From assembly GCA_000437915.1 (NCBI GenBank), contig FR901000.1, forward strand, positions 119,244 through 183,243: 64,000 nucleotides of DNA, written 5' to 3'. Source of the stretch: Subdoligranulum sp. CAG:314. Lineage in GTDB: Bacteria; Bacillota; Clostridia; Christensenellales; CAG-314. The position numbers were made by a program, and so were the translations under genes. Below the pieces are notes generated by a model. The model did no database searches, was not told the origin of the DNA, and saw nothing but the letters and a program-made list of their open reading frames with translations. This document shows, piece after piece, positions 1 to 9,600 of the stretch. Numbering within the stretch: position 1 is the first letter of the stretch; every line of letters begins with the position of its first letter.

Positions 1-157
1 CTTTTCAAGTAAAATTGTGTATTTATTATACATTCAAACAAAAGATACGCGGCAGACTGACCAATTTTCGCAATGTACAATCAATAAATTTAATTATTTG
101 TGCAAATTCAACAATTTTCGTCAATCCTTTCTTGCCGTTTGCGCGTTTCCCGAAAAA

Positions 158-670
158 CTAACCGAGTCTGTCTTTGAGCTTTTCCACTATCTTTTTCACC
201 CTGCGTTTTAGCACGCTGTCCGGCACGCCGTAAACCGCCGACAGGGTTTTAAACGTCAGGTCGGCTTCGTATTTCAAGGCAAAAAGCTCTCTTTCTTTTT
301 CGTCGAGGCAGGACAGGGCGCGACGCATATCGAGTTCTTCCTCCGAAAGCAGGCTGCGTCCTCCCGTTCTGACCAGGCGGGTGTCGGTTGCCACCTCGAA
401 CCTGCTTTTGTTAAGCTCATTCAGCGCAAGATTGCGGGCGACGGTAAAAATCCAGCCGAAGCAATTGGAAAAATTTTTTATCGGGCGGCTGTAAAGACAG
501 AGAAAAACATTGTGCACGATGTCGTCCGATGCGTCGGCGTTTCCCGTGTAACCGTTGACGAATTTGAGGAGCGGGAGTTTGAGCAGAGAATAAAGTCTGT
601 CGAAGGCGGTTTCGTCCCCTTCTTTGAGGCGCATGACAAGGCGGTTGACTTCTTTTTTGTCGATATTCAT
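158..670 (-). CDS. ECF-type sigma-70 family RNA polymerase sigma factor
   Basis: 170 aa ORF. Region 2-like segment (DDIVHNVFLCLY...GWIFTVARNLALNELNK) and C-terminal region 4 HTH (LTFKTLSAVYGVPDSVLKRRVKK). Confidence 0.8.
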   Translation of the reverse strand: MNIDKKEVNRLVMRLKEGDETAFDRLYSLLKLPLLKFVNGYTGNADASDDIVHNVFLCLYSRPIKNFSNCFGWIFTVARNLALNELNKSRFEVATDTRLVRTGGRSLLSEEELDMRRALSCLDEKERELFALKYEADLTFKTLSAVYGVPDSVLKRRVKKIVEKLKDRLG

Positions 671-873
671 AAAAAATAATCGGGTTCTCCCCTGAAAAAG
701 TTAAAAAATATAAAATAAAAAGAAAAAAAGTTGCTTTAATACAAATCAGCTTTGATATGATAGCAAATTTTTCCGTCCAATGCAAGCATATTTGTAAAAT
801 ATGTCATATTTGAACAAAAACCGATTTCCCAAATGTCCTAAAACACAAATTTCCCCCGATTCACACCCTTTTA

Positions 874-902
874 TTGACAATCGCCGTAAAAAACTATACA
901 AT
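874..902 (+). promoter_or_regulatory. Sigma-A-type promoter for the sigma/anti-sigma pair
   Basis: TTGACA (874-879), 17-nt spacer, TACAAT (897-902), about 50 nt upstream of the ATG at 953. Confidence 0.55.
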
Positions 903-952
903 ATAAACGCTGACAAGAATTTGACAATAAAACGGCAGGCAAAGGGGCAGGA

Positions 953-1537
953 ATGGAAAGCGAGACATTGAACGCGGAAATAGACAGATTGCTTTTCAGG
1001 ATAAAAGCAGGCGACGCCGACGCTTTTTGCAGCTTTGTGGACGCAACCAAAAGACCGTTGGCATTGAGCGCGTTGGCTTATCTCAAAAATGCAGACGACA
1101 TCGAGGACGCACTGCAAGAAACCTATATTTCGATACTTGTCCACATAGACGGATACTGCTCGGCTCAAAATCCTATGGGTTGGGTTTACAAAATTTTCAA
1201 AAACAAATGTCTGTCCATTTTGCGAAACAGGCGCAGCGACCTGCCGTTGGACTTTGCCGCGGACATAGGAGCCGCTTTCTGCTTTGAACACACGGACAAT
1301 ATGCTGCTTGTTCAAACGCTGATGAACAATCTCACTCAAAAAGAAATCAAGGTTGTTTCCATGAAACTTTGGTTGGATATGACCTTTGAGGAAATCGCGT
1401 CCGCCGCGCGCATATCCAAAGCGGCGGCGCACAGAACATACGCGCGGGCGCTGAAAAAGTTGGAGGGCAGCCGTTCTTTCAAAGAAAGTCTCTGCGCCGC
1501 GTCAAAAACGCTTAGCTACGGAGGGGAACAAACATGA
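953..1537 (+). CDS. ECF-type sigma-70 family RNA polymerase sigma factor
   Basis: 194 aa. Region 2-like (DDIEDALQETYISILVH...GWVYKIFKNKCLSILRNRR) and region 4 HTH (MTFEEIASAARISKAAAHRTYARALKKL). AGGGG Shine-Dalgarno before the ATG. Confidence 0.8.
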   Translation: MESETLNAEIDRLLFRIKAGDADAFCSFVDATKRPLALSALAYLKNADDIEDALQETYISILVHIDGYCSAQNPMGWVYKIFKNKCLSILRNRRSDLPLDFAADIGAAFCFEHTDNMLLVQTLMNNLTQKEIKVVSMKLWLDMTFEEIASAARISKAAAHRTYARALKKLEGSRSFKESLCAASKTLSYGGEQT

Positions 1538-2205
1538 AAAATATTTTTGAAACGCGCACGAAAACGGAAAAAGCGCTGTCCGAACTGCCGCAAGACGTAC
1601 AGCCCTTCAAGGACACGGACTTTGCAAAAAACGCGCTCTCGCGGCGGCAGTCCGCCGAAAGAGCCTGTTCGCTGCGTCGCAAACGCCGTCTGTGCGCGGC
1701 GCTTTCCCTTGCGGTGTGCCTGATTGTCGCAGCCGCCGCAATGGTTTCGGTTCTGTTGCTGAAAGACAGCGCGGGCTACAACGGCAACGGCGATTACGAA
1801 TCTAAAACAGTTTTCGATTTCGGATTTCAAGACTACAACGGGCTGTACGGGACGGATTTCCCCGTTTTGCCCCCGGATGTCGGCGGCTCCCGCACGTTTC
1901 AGACAATAACACGAACAAAAAACCGAAAGGTTGTCCTGCTTTGCGAAACGGCAACCGAACAAAGCCTGACGGTTCAGCTTTACGTAGCGACGGAAGAAAG
2001 CTCGCACTCCGACGCTCTTGACGCGCTTTTCCCCGACGGCTGCCTTGAAGAAACGTTCGACGGAGTGTCGGTGGAATATTTCGGGGAAACGGCTTTGCCT
2101 CTGACCGCCGCCCGATTCCGCATCAACCGAGACGACGTTTTCCTCGTCGTGCGGCAAAGCGACAGCTTGGAGCTGCTTTTCAATATTTTAAAAGAAATAA
2201 TATAA
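1534..2205 (+). CDS. Putative anti-sigma factor, single-pass membrane protein
   Basis: ATGA overlap with the sigma factor stop and a GGAGGGG SD. One hydrophobic helix (LCAALSLAVCLIVAAAAMVSVLLL) separates a short cytoplasmic N-terminus from an extracytoplasmic domain. No zinc-finger anti-sigma motif, so the function is inferred from context only. Confidence 0.5.
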   Translation: MKNIFETRTKTEKALSELPQDVQPFKDTDFAKNALSRRQSAERACSLRRKRRLCAALSLAVCLIVAAAAMVSVLLLKDSAGYNGNGDYESKTVFDFGFQDYNGLYGTDFPVLPPDVGGSRTFQTITRTKNRKVVLLCETATEQSLTVQLYVATEESSHSDALDALFPDGCLEETFDGVSVEYFGETALPLTAARFRINRDDVFLVVRQSDSLELLFNILKEII

Positions 2206-2234
2206 AAAAGGAGTCTAAAAGACTCCTTTTTTTT
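2204..2234. terminator. Bidirectional intrinsic terminator (copy 1 of an identical 30-nt hairpin)
   Basis: AAAAAA-GGAGTC-TAAAA-GACTCC-TTTTTTTT between convergent genes. The same 30-mer recurs at 6428-6457. Confidence 0.8.
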
Positions 2235-2239
2235 GTCAA

Positions 2240-2755
2240 TCAAAGTCTTTTGAGGTAAGACGCGGCTTTTTTCAGCGTTTCGAGCAAATCCAACCGCTCC
2301 GCGTCGTCAAGCTTGTCTCTAACCTTGTCGCGCATATTCTTGACGAACACGCCCTCCTCCTCGTCTATCAACGCATATCCTTTTGCGGTAAGCTCCACGT
2401 AAACCTGCTTGCGGTTGTTCTCCTGCTGAAAACGTCTTGCAAGCCCCTGTTTTACGAGATAATCCACAAGCCTTGTCATATTGCCCCTGTCGTAGTTTAC
2501 GTTGTCGGCAAGCTCCGACATGCTTTTGGGACCGCTGCGCGCAAGCAAAAAAACCGTGTTGCGCTGCGAAGAACCGCCCAGATTGTAGCGGTCGAGAGGC
2601 TTGACGCGGACGTTTTCCTTGTCAAAAACCAATCTTTTGTTGTAAACGGCGATAAACTCCGAAAAAGCGCTGCCCAAGCTTTCAAAAAATTCGTCGCTGT
2701 CCGTGTCCTTTGCCGTCTTGACCTCGGCATACTCTTTGCCTGCTTCTTCAACCAT
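2240..2755 (-). CDS. MarR family transcriptional regulator
   Basis: 171 aa. Winged-helix core (LLARSGPKSMSELADNVNYDRGNMTRLVDYLVKQGLARR...DNRKQVYVELTAKG). GGTGGA SD. Confidence 0.8.
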   Translation of the reverse strand: MVEEAGKEYAEVKTAKDTDSDEFFESLGSAFSEFIAVYNKRLVFDKENVRVKPLDRYNLGGSSQRNTVFLLARSGPKSMSELADNVNYDRGNMTRLVDYLVKQGLARRFQQENNRKQVYVELTAKGYALIDEEEGVFVKNMRDKVRDKLDDAERLDLLETLKKAASYLKRL

Positions 2756-2846
2756 ATATTTCCACCCCGAAAAATTTCCTTTTATGTTAAAATATCAATA
2801 CTTTCACATGATACAAAAAAATTGTGAAAAAATCAACTGTTTTTTA

Positions 2847-2875
2847 TTGACATAATCCGACAAAGATGTTAAAAT
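2847..2875 (+). promoter_or_regulatory. Sigma-A-type promoter of the LRR lipoprotein gene
   Basis: TTGACA (2847-2852), 17-nt spacer, TAAAAT (2870-2875). Confidence 0.55.
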
Positions 2876-2878
2876 CGG

Positions 2879-2900
2879 TACAATGATTGTATTTTACAAT
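2879..2900. promoter_or_regulatory. Candidate operator with three TACAAT/ATTGTA half-sites
   Basis: TACAAT-G-ATTGTA-TTT-TACAAT lies immediately downstream of the -10 box, in the intergenic region shared with the divergent MarR gene. Confidence 0.4.
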
Positions 2901-2935
2901 CAAAAATTTTAATCCATAGGAGGTAACAACGGATT

Positions 2936-5900
2936 ATGAAACAAAGAACACTCAAACTTGCGGCGCTTGTTTTCGCGCTGCTCGCGCTCGTCTGCCTTGC
3001 CGCGGCTTGCGGAAAGGTCACGCACGAGGTGGTTTTCGACGCGGACGGCGGCTCCGCCGTGGTCGGGATAACCGTCGCGGACGGTCAAGCCATAGGCAAC
3101 GCTCCGCACTCGGAAAAAGAGGGCTGCAAGCTCAAAGGCTGGTCCGCCGACGGCGGAGAAACGCTCTTCGACTTCTCCACGCCCGTAACACGTCCGATGA
3201 CTCTCAAAGCGGTGTGGGAAAACGTCGCCTCCCAAACGCCGCAACAGCCCGTGACCGTCACCTTCGAGGACGACGGCAAGGTCATAGCACAAGTGACAAT
3301 CGAAAAAGGCGGCAAGGTTTTTGCCCCCGACTACTCCAAGGAGGGCTTTGAGCTTGTGTGGAAAAACGGCGGCGAGACGTTTGCTTTCGACACGGCAATC
3401 GACTCCGACTTGAATCTCGTTGCCGAGTTTTCCCCCGTCATGCTCAGCGTCACCGTGCAGGACGCGGACGGACTGCGCCTTGACGAGGTCGAGGTCGCCT
3501 ACGGACAGGCGGCGGACATTCAGCTCGAACCCACTCACTGGGCTTATCCCGAAATTTTCACCTTTTCGGGTTGGGACAAGCCCGTTGACTGCGTAAAGGA
3601 AAACATGACGGTAACGGCGGTTTACGACTACAAATCGCTTCCCGAAAGCCTGTTTTACTTCAATCTCCTCGACGACGGCACCTACGAAATAGCCGTCAAA
3701 CGCACGCTTGACTTCCGCTACATGAACCTTGACGGCGATTGGGGCGTGCCCGCGACCTTCAACAACAAACCCGTGTCGAAAATCGCCTCCTACGGCTTGT
3801 CGTCGCTTTACAAGGGCTTTAAGGACATAGACCTCCTCTACATACCCGAATCGGTAAAAATCGTGGACGCTTACGCCTTTGACGGTTTGGACATCCCCCG
3901 CGTGGACTTTGCGGGCTTGGAGCAAATTTGGGCTATGGCTTTTTTCAACTGCGCGTTTGAGCTGAACCTCCCCGCTTCTCTCTGCGAAATAGAGCCTTAC
4001 GCCTTTTTCCAGTTCGGTCTCATCAATCGGCTGAACAGCCAAAACGACCGCTCCGTCAATCTTTCCTCCGATTGCGAAAGCTTTTTCATGAGCGGGCTTG
4101 CCCTTTACTCCTCCGACGGCAGCGAGCTTGTGTATATAGATTACTTGAACCGCACTTCCGAAAACGCGGAGCTTGTAGTGCCCGACACGGTAAAAACCGT
4201 CTATCCCGCGCTGCTTTGGCAGGCATGGGGAATAGACTCCATCGTCTTTGAGGGGGACGTAGAAACCATCGGTTCGGGTTTTTTGTACAGTAACTCTATT
4301 CAATCCGTCACGTTCAACGGCAATGTAGAACGCATAGAGGGCGCGGAGGCGACCTACGAGCTGAAAGGAGCAATAACCCGCGACCACGCCTCCCAACTCA
4401 AAGCGGGCGCTTTTCAGCAATGCAGTCGGCTCGGTTACTCCGCCGATTTTACGCTGCCCCGCGGACTGAAATATATAGGCGACTTCGCATTTTTTGAAAC
4501 AGAGCTGAAAGAAGTCAGGCTTGACGGAGTCCAATACGTCGGAGAAGGCGCTTTCTATTGCCAATATTATGACAAATTCGATACCGTCGTCGTGACGAAC
4601 AGCGACAAATATTACAGCTACTTAGACCGCGCTTTGATAGAAAAAGGCACGGGCCCCCTTTTCAACGGCAAAGCGGGAGACACGTTTGTCCTTTACGCTC
4701 CCATTGTCGCAGAATACAACTTCAATAACGACGACTTTGACCCGGAAAACGCAGAGCAGTTTTTGACCGAAACATACACGGTGCCTCAGGGTGTGACGGC
4801 GTTCCGCCCGTTCGCATTCAATGACGTTTACGACATCAAGACTCTTGTAATCCCCGAGGGAGTGGTTTCCCTGCCGGCGGGCGTTGTCTTATCCGATTCC
4901 GTTTTTCAGGTATATGACCACGGTACATTCACCGAATATTATTTTGGAATAAGTCAAATAAGTTTGCCCTCCACTCTCAAAGAAATCAACTCCGAGTTGA
5001 ATTGGGAAAACGCTCTTGCAAACGAATCTTACCCCGCGTTGACTCTCGGCGAAAACTTCACGGGCTTTGTCTGGCCCAACGGCTGCAATCTCAAAAAAAT
5101 CGAGTATTACTCCATCCACACTAGACAAACGGAGGTGGAGCTGCCCGCAACCGTCACGGATTACTCCGCGTCGGGCTACGGCAACATGTATCTTGAAAAC
5201 ATAACGGTAGAAGAGGGCAACGGACGCTATCTTTCCTTCGGAGGTTGGCTGTACGAAAAAATCGGCGGCAACGAGCTGAGGCTCGTGCACATCCCCCGCG
5301 CTTCCGCAAACGCCGACGGAAAGCTGATTTTCCCCGACACGGGAGAATATATTCTTACTGAAATAGCCTCCCAAGCAGCATATGGCATTATTCCAAATTA
5401 TTCCGAAGAAGGCGAAGTTATTTTTGACGGAATAACGGAAATCGAGTTTCCCGACACGGTGCGCGTGATTTGTGACCTCGCGTTTAACGGCTGCTCGACT
5501 ATCAAGAGCGTGACGTTCCCCGCGGGAATAGAATATATCGGCACAAGGGCGTTTGCTCCGGCTCTCAATATCCAATCGATAACCTTCAACGGCATTTTGC
5601 CTCCGAAAATGGGCGAAAACGTCTTTTCAAATCCTTTCGGAGAGCCTCTTGCCAACGCAACAATACACATACCCAACGGCACTTACGCCTGTTGGTCGGC
5701 GTTTTTGGCAGAGTACGGAAAGCTGTACGGCATAAACTACTTCAAAGCGTTGGAAACGCCGCAAAGCTTCACCTACAATTTTGAAAGCAACGGCGGCACG
5801 GAGGTTGAAAGCGTGCAAAGCTACGACCTTTGGAGCCTCCCCTACACAGAGTGGGCGGGCGAAGGCGAAAGGTTTTTCCAAGGCTGGTTCACAAAGGACG

Positions 5901-6406
5901 GCAGCGTGGACGGAGATTGGGGCGAAAGAGTTTTCGGCGCGCCGTATGTAGGAAAAGCGGACAGTCTCGGCGTTGTCACGCTGTATGCAAGATTCGGCGA
6001 GGACAGATACGAGGACGGTTCGGACGTGCCTTTCGCTTTCGTCGTATCCGAAACGACGAGAAAGCTGACCTTGAACGCTTGGACGACGACGTTCTTTGAG
6101 TTTACGCCCGAAAGGGACGGACTTTATCTCATGAAGATGAATTTCGACCACGTGGCTTACTCCGACTCCGGCTTCGGGACGTTCGACAAGGCTACAAACA
6201 CGGTAAACGGATTTTGGTACACGACGGTTTACGACGAAAATTGGAACGTTTTGTATCTCGGATTCGAGTGCAAGGCGGGACAAACGTATTACATCTTTTA
6301 CGAATTTTCGGAGCAGAACGTTTACACGGGCGAAATTGAAGTGCCTCTTGCGGAATATGAATTTACCGTCGAGTGGCAGGGAGAAATACCCGCACAGCAG
6401 GCGTGA
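2936..6406 (+). CDS. Large surface lipoprotein with Listeria-Bacteroides (Flg_new) repeats and BspA-type leucine-rich repeats
   Basis: 1156 aa. Signal peptide with lipobox (LAAAC-GK). GWS/GW..DGG...F.F...V......L.A.W repeats at the N-terminus and near the C-terminus. Long central I.IP..V..IG..AF LRR region. The C-terminal module is shared with the 6619 and 48652 paralogs. Confidence 0.8.
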   Translation: MKQRTLKLAALVFALLALVCLAAACGKVTHEVVFDADGGSAVVGITVADGQAIGNAPHSEKEGCKLKGWSADGGETLFDFSTPVTRPMTLKAVWENVASQTPQQPVTVTFEDDGKVIAQVTIEKGGKVFAPDYSKEGFELVWKNGGETFAFDTAIDSDLNLVAEFSPVMLSVTVQDADGLRLDEVEVAYGQAADIQLEPTHWAYPEIFTFSGWDKPVDCVKENMTVTAVYDYKSLPESLFYFNLLDDGTYEIAVKRTLDFRYMNLDGDWGVPATFNNKPVSKIASYGLSSLYKGFKDIDLLYIPESVKIVDAYAFDGLDIPRVDFAGLEQIWAMAFFNCAFELNLPASLCEIEPYAFFQFGLINRLNSQNDRSVNLSSDCESFFMSGLALYSSDGSELVYIDYLNRTSENAELVVPDTVKTVYPALLWQAWGIDSIVFEGDVETIGSGFLYSNSIQSVTFNGNVERIEGAEATYELKGAITRDHASQLKAGAFQQCSRLGYSADFTLPRGLKYIGDFAFFETELKEVRLDGVQYVGEGAFYCQYYDKFDTVVVTNSDKYYSYLDRALIEKGTGPLFNGKAGDTFVLYAPIVAEYNFNNDDFDPENAEQFLTETYTVPQGVTAFRPFAFNDVYDIKTLVIPEGVVSLPAGVVLSDSVFQVYDHGTFTEYYFGISQISLPSTLKEINSELNWENALANESYPALTLGENFTGFVWPNGCNLKKIEYYSIHTRQTEVELPATVTDYSASGYGNMYLENITVEEGNGRYLSFGGWLYEKIGGNELRLVHIPRASANADGKLIFPDTGEYILTEIASQAAYGIIPNYSEEGEVIFDGITEIEFPDTVRVICDLAFNGCSTIKSVTFPAGIEYIGTRAFAPALNIQSITFNGILPPKMGENVFSNPFGEPLANATIHIPNGTYACWSAFLAEYGKLYGINYFKALETPQSFTYNFESNGGTEVESVQSYDLWSLPYTEWAGEGERFFQGWFTKDGSVDGDWGERVFGAPYVGKADSLGVVTLYARFGEDRYEDGSDVPFAFVVSETTRKLTLNAWTTTFFEFTPERDGLYLMKMNFDHVAYSDSGFGTFDKATNTVNGFWYTTVYDENWNVLYLGFECKAGQTYYIFYEFSEQNVYTGEIEVPLAEYEFTVEWQGEIPAQQA

Positions 6407-6427
6407 CGGCAAAATTCTAATTGATTT

Positions 6428-6457
6428 AAAAAAGGAGTCTAAAAGACTCCTTTTTTT
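6428..6457 (+). terminator. Intrinsic terminator (copy 2 of the identical 30-nt hairpin)
   Basis: AAAAAAGGAGTCTAAAAGACTCCTTTTTTT, 22 nt after the stop codon. Confidence 0.8.
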
Positions 6458-6577
6458 ATGCAAAGCAAGCAGCGCACTCAATTTGTTTTTGCTGCCCGAA
6501 CATGCCGACGACGAGTAAAGCCAAACACCGACTAAAACCCGCAGTCCCTGACGGACAATTTTTTTTTAAACTTTAAT

Positions 6578-6609
6578 GCAAAAGGGGACGCAAATGCGTC
6601 CCCTTTTGC
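6578..6609 (-). terminator. Intrinsic terminator of the 6619-9888 gene
   Basis: GGGGACGC-AAAT-GCGTCCCC stem flanked by A and T runs, 10 nt after the minus-strand stop. Confidence 0.7.
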
Positions 6610-6618
6610 CTAGACAAA

Positions 6619-9600
6619 TCAACTTTCGTTTATCACTACGTTTGCCGTAAAGGTGAAAGGAAACATCTCGGCGGGCAAATCGATTTCAAGCCAACCGAAA
6701 TAGGTGTGCCCCTCTTTGACCGTTCTGTTGCTCCTGCTCACCAGATTTTCCATGCTTTCGTCGGAGAACAGCATAACCCATACTCTGTACTCCGCGCCCG
6801 CGGCTTCCAGCTCGGCGGAGATAAGCGGCACGTCGTTTGCGTCGGATGCAAGCTTACCCGACGCGGAGGCGGTAAAGCGGAAGTAGTAAATCCCCGACTG
6901 CGAAACGGTAACGGTCTTTTGCTCGGAGAAATCCCAACCCGTTTCGACGCTCAGACCGTCCTGCTTGCGCTCGGTCTCCCAGCGGGCATACAGCGTGACG
7001 CCCGTCCCCTCGCCTTCGTACCAAAACGGGAAAGACGCTTCCTCGCCCCAGACGCCGCCGGACACCGTTCCGTCCGTCAGATACCAGCCCCAGAAGAAGT
7101 AACCGTCGCGGGCGGGCACGGGTCTTGTGAGCGCCGCAAAGCCGTTGACGGAAGCAATCTGACTGCCACCCTTGGAGTCGAACACAAAGTCGTACTTCGG
7201 TTGCTTGCTGTCGTCAAGCGCGGCGGCTATTTCCGGAGCGATGGCGTAAAGCGCGTCGAAATAGTTTCTGAATCTGCCTTCGGGGCAAACGATGGTCACG
7301 TCGGAATAGAACCGCGCGGGCACCCATTCGTCGGGGTTTTCGCTCTCGGGCTGATATTTGAACCAATTGTTCTCTCCGTAGTCATCGGCGACGGCGGGCA
7401 TTTCCCCGCTCAAAAATACGAGCTTTTCAAGCGCGGTATTGCCGAAAAACGCCGACACCCCTATGTTTGTCAAAGTCGCGGGCAAAGTGATTGTCTTCAA
7501 CGTCGCAATACTCGCAAAGCAGCTTGCCCCGACCGAAACGCAGGCGCTGTCGTCGGCAAAGGCAATGCTTGTGAGTTCCGCGTTGCGCAAAAACGCCACG
7601 TCCGCCACATATACCACGCTTGCCGGCACCGTGTAGGTCAAGCCCTGCTTTGCCGCAGGATACATCAAAAGAACCTGCTTGTTTTTGTCGAAGAGCACGC
7701 CGTCCTCGGAGGAAAGCGTAGGATGCCCTTCCGCCACGTTGAACTCTTGGAGACTCCAACAGTAGAAAAAGCAATTGTTTCCGAGTCTCATGTTTTCCCC
7801 TATGTCGAAGCTCGTAAGTTTGGTGCCTGAAAACATACTGTCGCCCACCTCCGTCAGGCCTTGGTAGTTTTCAAGAACGGTGAGCTTTTCGCAGGCGTAG
7901 ACGGCAGGGGAAGCGGACCATATTTCACCTCTCGCCCAAACGGGTATTCCGTCAAACTCGGGCAGACCGTCGGACAAAAGCCGTGTTATTTTTGAAGAAA
8001 GCGTTATTTTTTCGACATAAGAGCCATAAAAACAGCCTGCGGGCAGCTCGGTCACGTTGCTTGACGAAAAGTCAACCCACTTTACGTTTGCAAAGGCAAA
8101 GGCAAAGGGCACAACCTCCGAAACAGAGGCGGGCACGGCGTATTTTTCCTCGCCAACCCTCGCAAATTTTATCAGCCTGTCTCCGCCGTCGGCGGCGGCG
8201 CCTTTGGCAATCAACGCCTGTCCCACGTCAAAATAAGCGTTGCTTCCGCCGTCCCGCATAGTAATCACGGGCGTTTTTCCGGAGCCTATAAAATCGTCCG
8301 CAATTTTTTCCAGAGTGGAGGGAAGGCTAAGCGATTCAGGCTCACAAAAACCGCCGAACACCGCGGGACCGATGTATTTCACACCGTCGGGCAGAACGTA
8401 ATTCTCGGCTCCGCAGCTTTCAAACGCGCCGTAATACATGATTTGCTCTTTTTCAAGGGGTGTGAGCCAGGTGTAAAAGTCGTCATTAAATACGTCGGTA
8501 AAACCGAATATGTACTCTATGCTGCCGTTTAACGCGACTGAGTTAAGCTCGGGCGTGTTGTAAAAGGTTCCCACACCCAAAAACTCCAAATCGCAGTTGA
8601 TTGTTATGCTTTCAAGCAAGTTGTCGTCGCAGAAAAGCCCCGAGTGGAGATAGGTGATTTCCTCCCCTATCACGACGCTTGCTCCCAGCTTGGAGAAATT
8701 CGCCCAATAAAGTCTGTCGCCGCCAAGATTGCTTAGCCACTTGCCGTTGTCCTTCATCATGAAATGCCCGTTGCCCTCGGCGACTTGAAGGTTGCCAACG
8801 CCCAATTCGTAACAGCGGTAAAAGGTGTTTTCTCCGAAATAATTGAGAGAAGCGGGCAGGGTTACGTTTTTCAAAACGTATGCGCTTGCGATTGAAACGG
8901 CTTCCAGTCTTTCAAGCCCTTCCTCGATTTCCAGCGTCTCCATCTGACGGCACTGATATATGCCTATCGGGTTGACGGTGCGGTAGGTCGAGGGTATGTG
9001 CAGCTTTGTGAAGCTTTCGTACATTATTGCTTCGCACCCGATCGTCGTCACAGGCAGATTGTTGAAATAAGCAGGCAAAGCGACCTCGTCGGGAAGCTCG
9101 CCGACCACTCCCGTAAGGGTGTAGCCCTTTTTGTCCTCGTTCAGCTCAAAATCGAAAAGAGAAGGCTCCGTTTCGAGATAAGTGTAAACGGCGTTTAGCG
9201 TCATGTCCTCGGTCACGCACTCCAACTCGTCCTCGTAAACGTCCCAGCCGCTAAGCTCGTAGCACCAGCTGTAAGTGTGCGGAGCAACTGCGGGGCAGAT
9301 TACGTCGCTTCCGTAAGGCAAAACCTTTGTGTCAAAAGCATAGCCCGTGTCGTCCAAAAACTCCACCGAAACGGTCGCCGTCTCCCAGCGCGCCGAAAAG
9401 ACCACGTCCTTCAAGGGGCTCTCCGACACGTCGTAGACCGAGCCTGCGGCGTAAATTTCGCTGCCGTCGCTCCAACCGAGAAATCTGTAACCCACTCTCA
9501 GCGGCGCGGACGCGAGAGTTACGTCCCCGTCCTTGGTAAAATCCACCGTCGAGGGATTTTGACAGTCGGGATAATTGAGGTCGTAGCTCGCTTTGAAAAC

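Noticed and set aside
2909-4564. 551-aa antisense ORF opposite the LRR lipoprotein gene, with similar long shadow ORFs at 19559-21286, 16942-18249, 24546-25877, 55803-57017, 59349-60125 and 60368-61540
   Set aside because: These are Arg/Gly/Val-rich low-complexity translations lying entirely antisense to genes with clear family motifs. They are typical shadow ORFs in GC-rich coding DNA.
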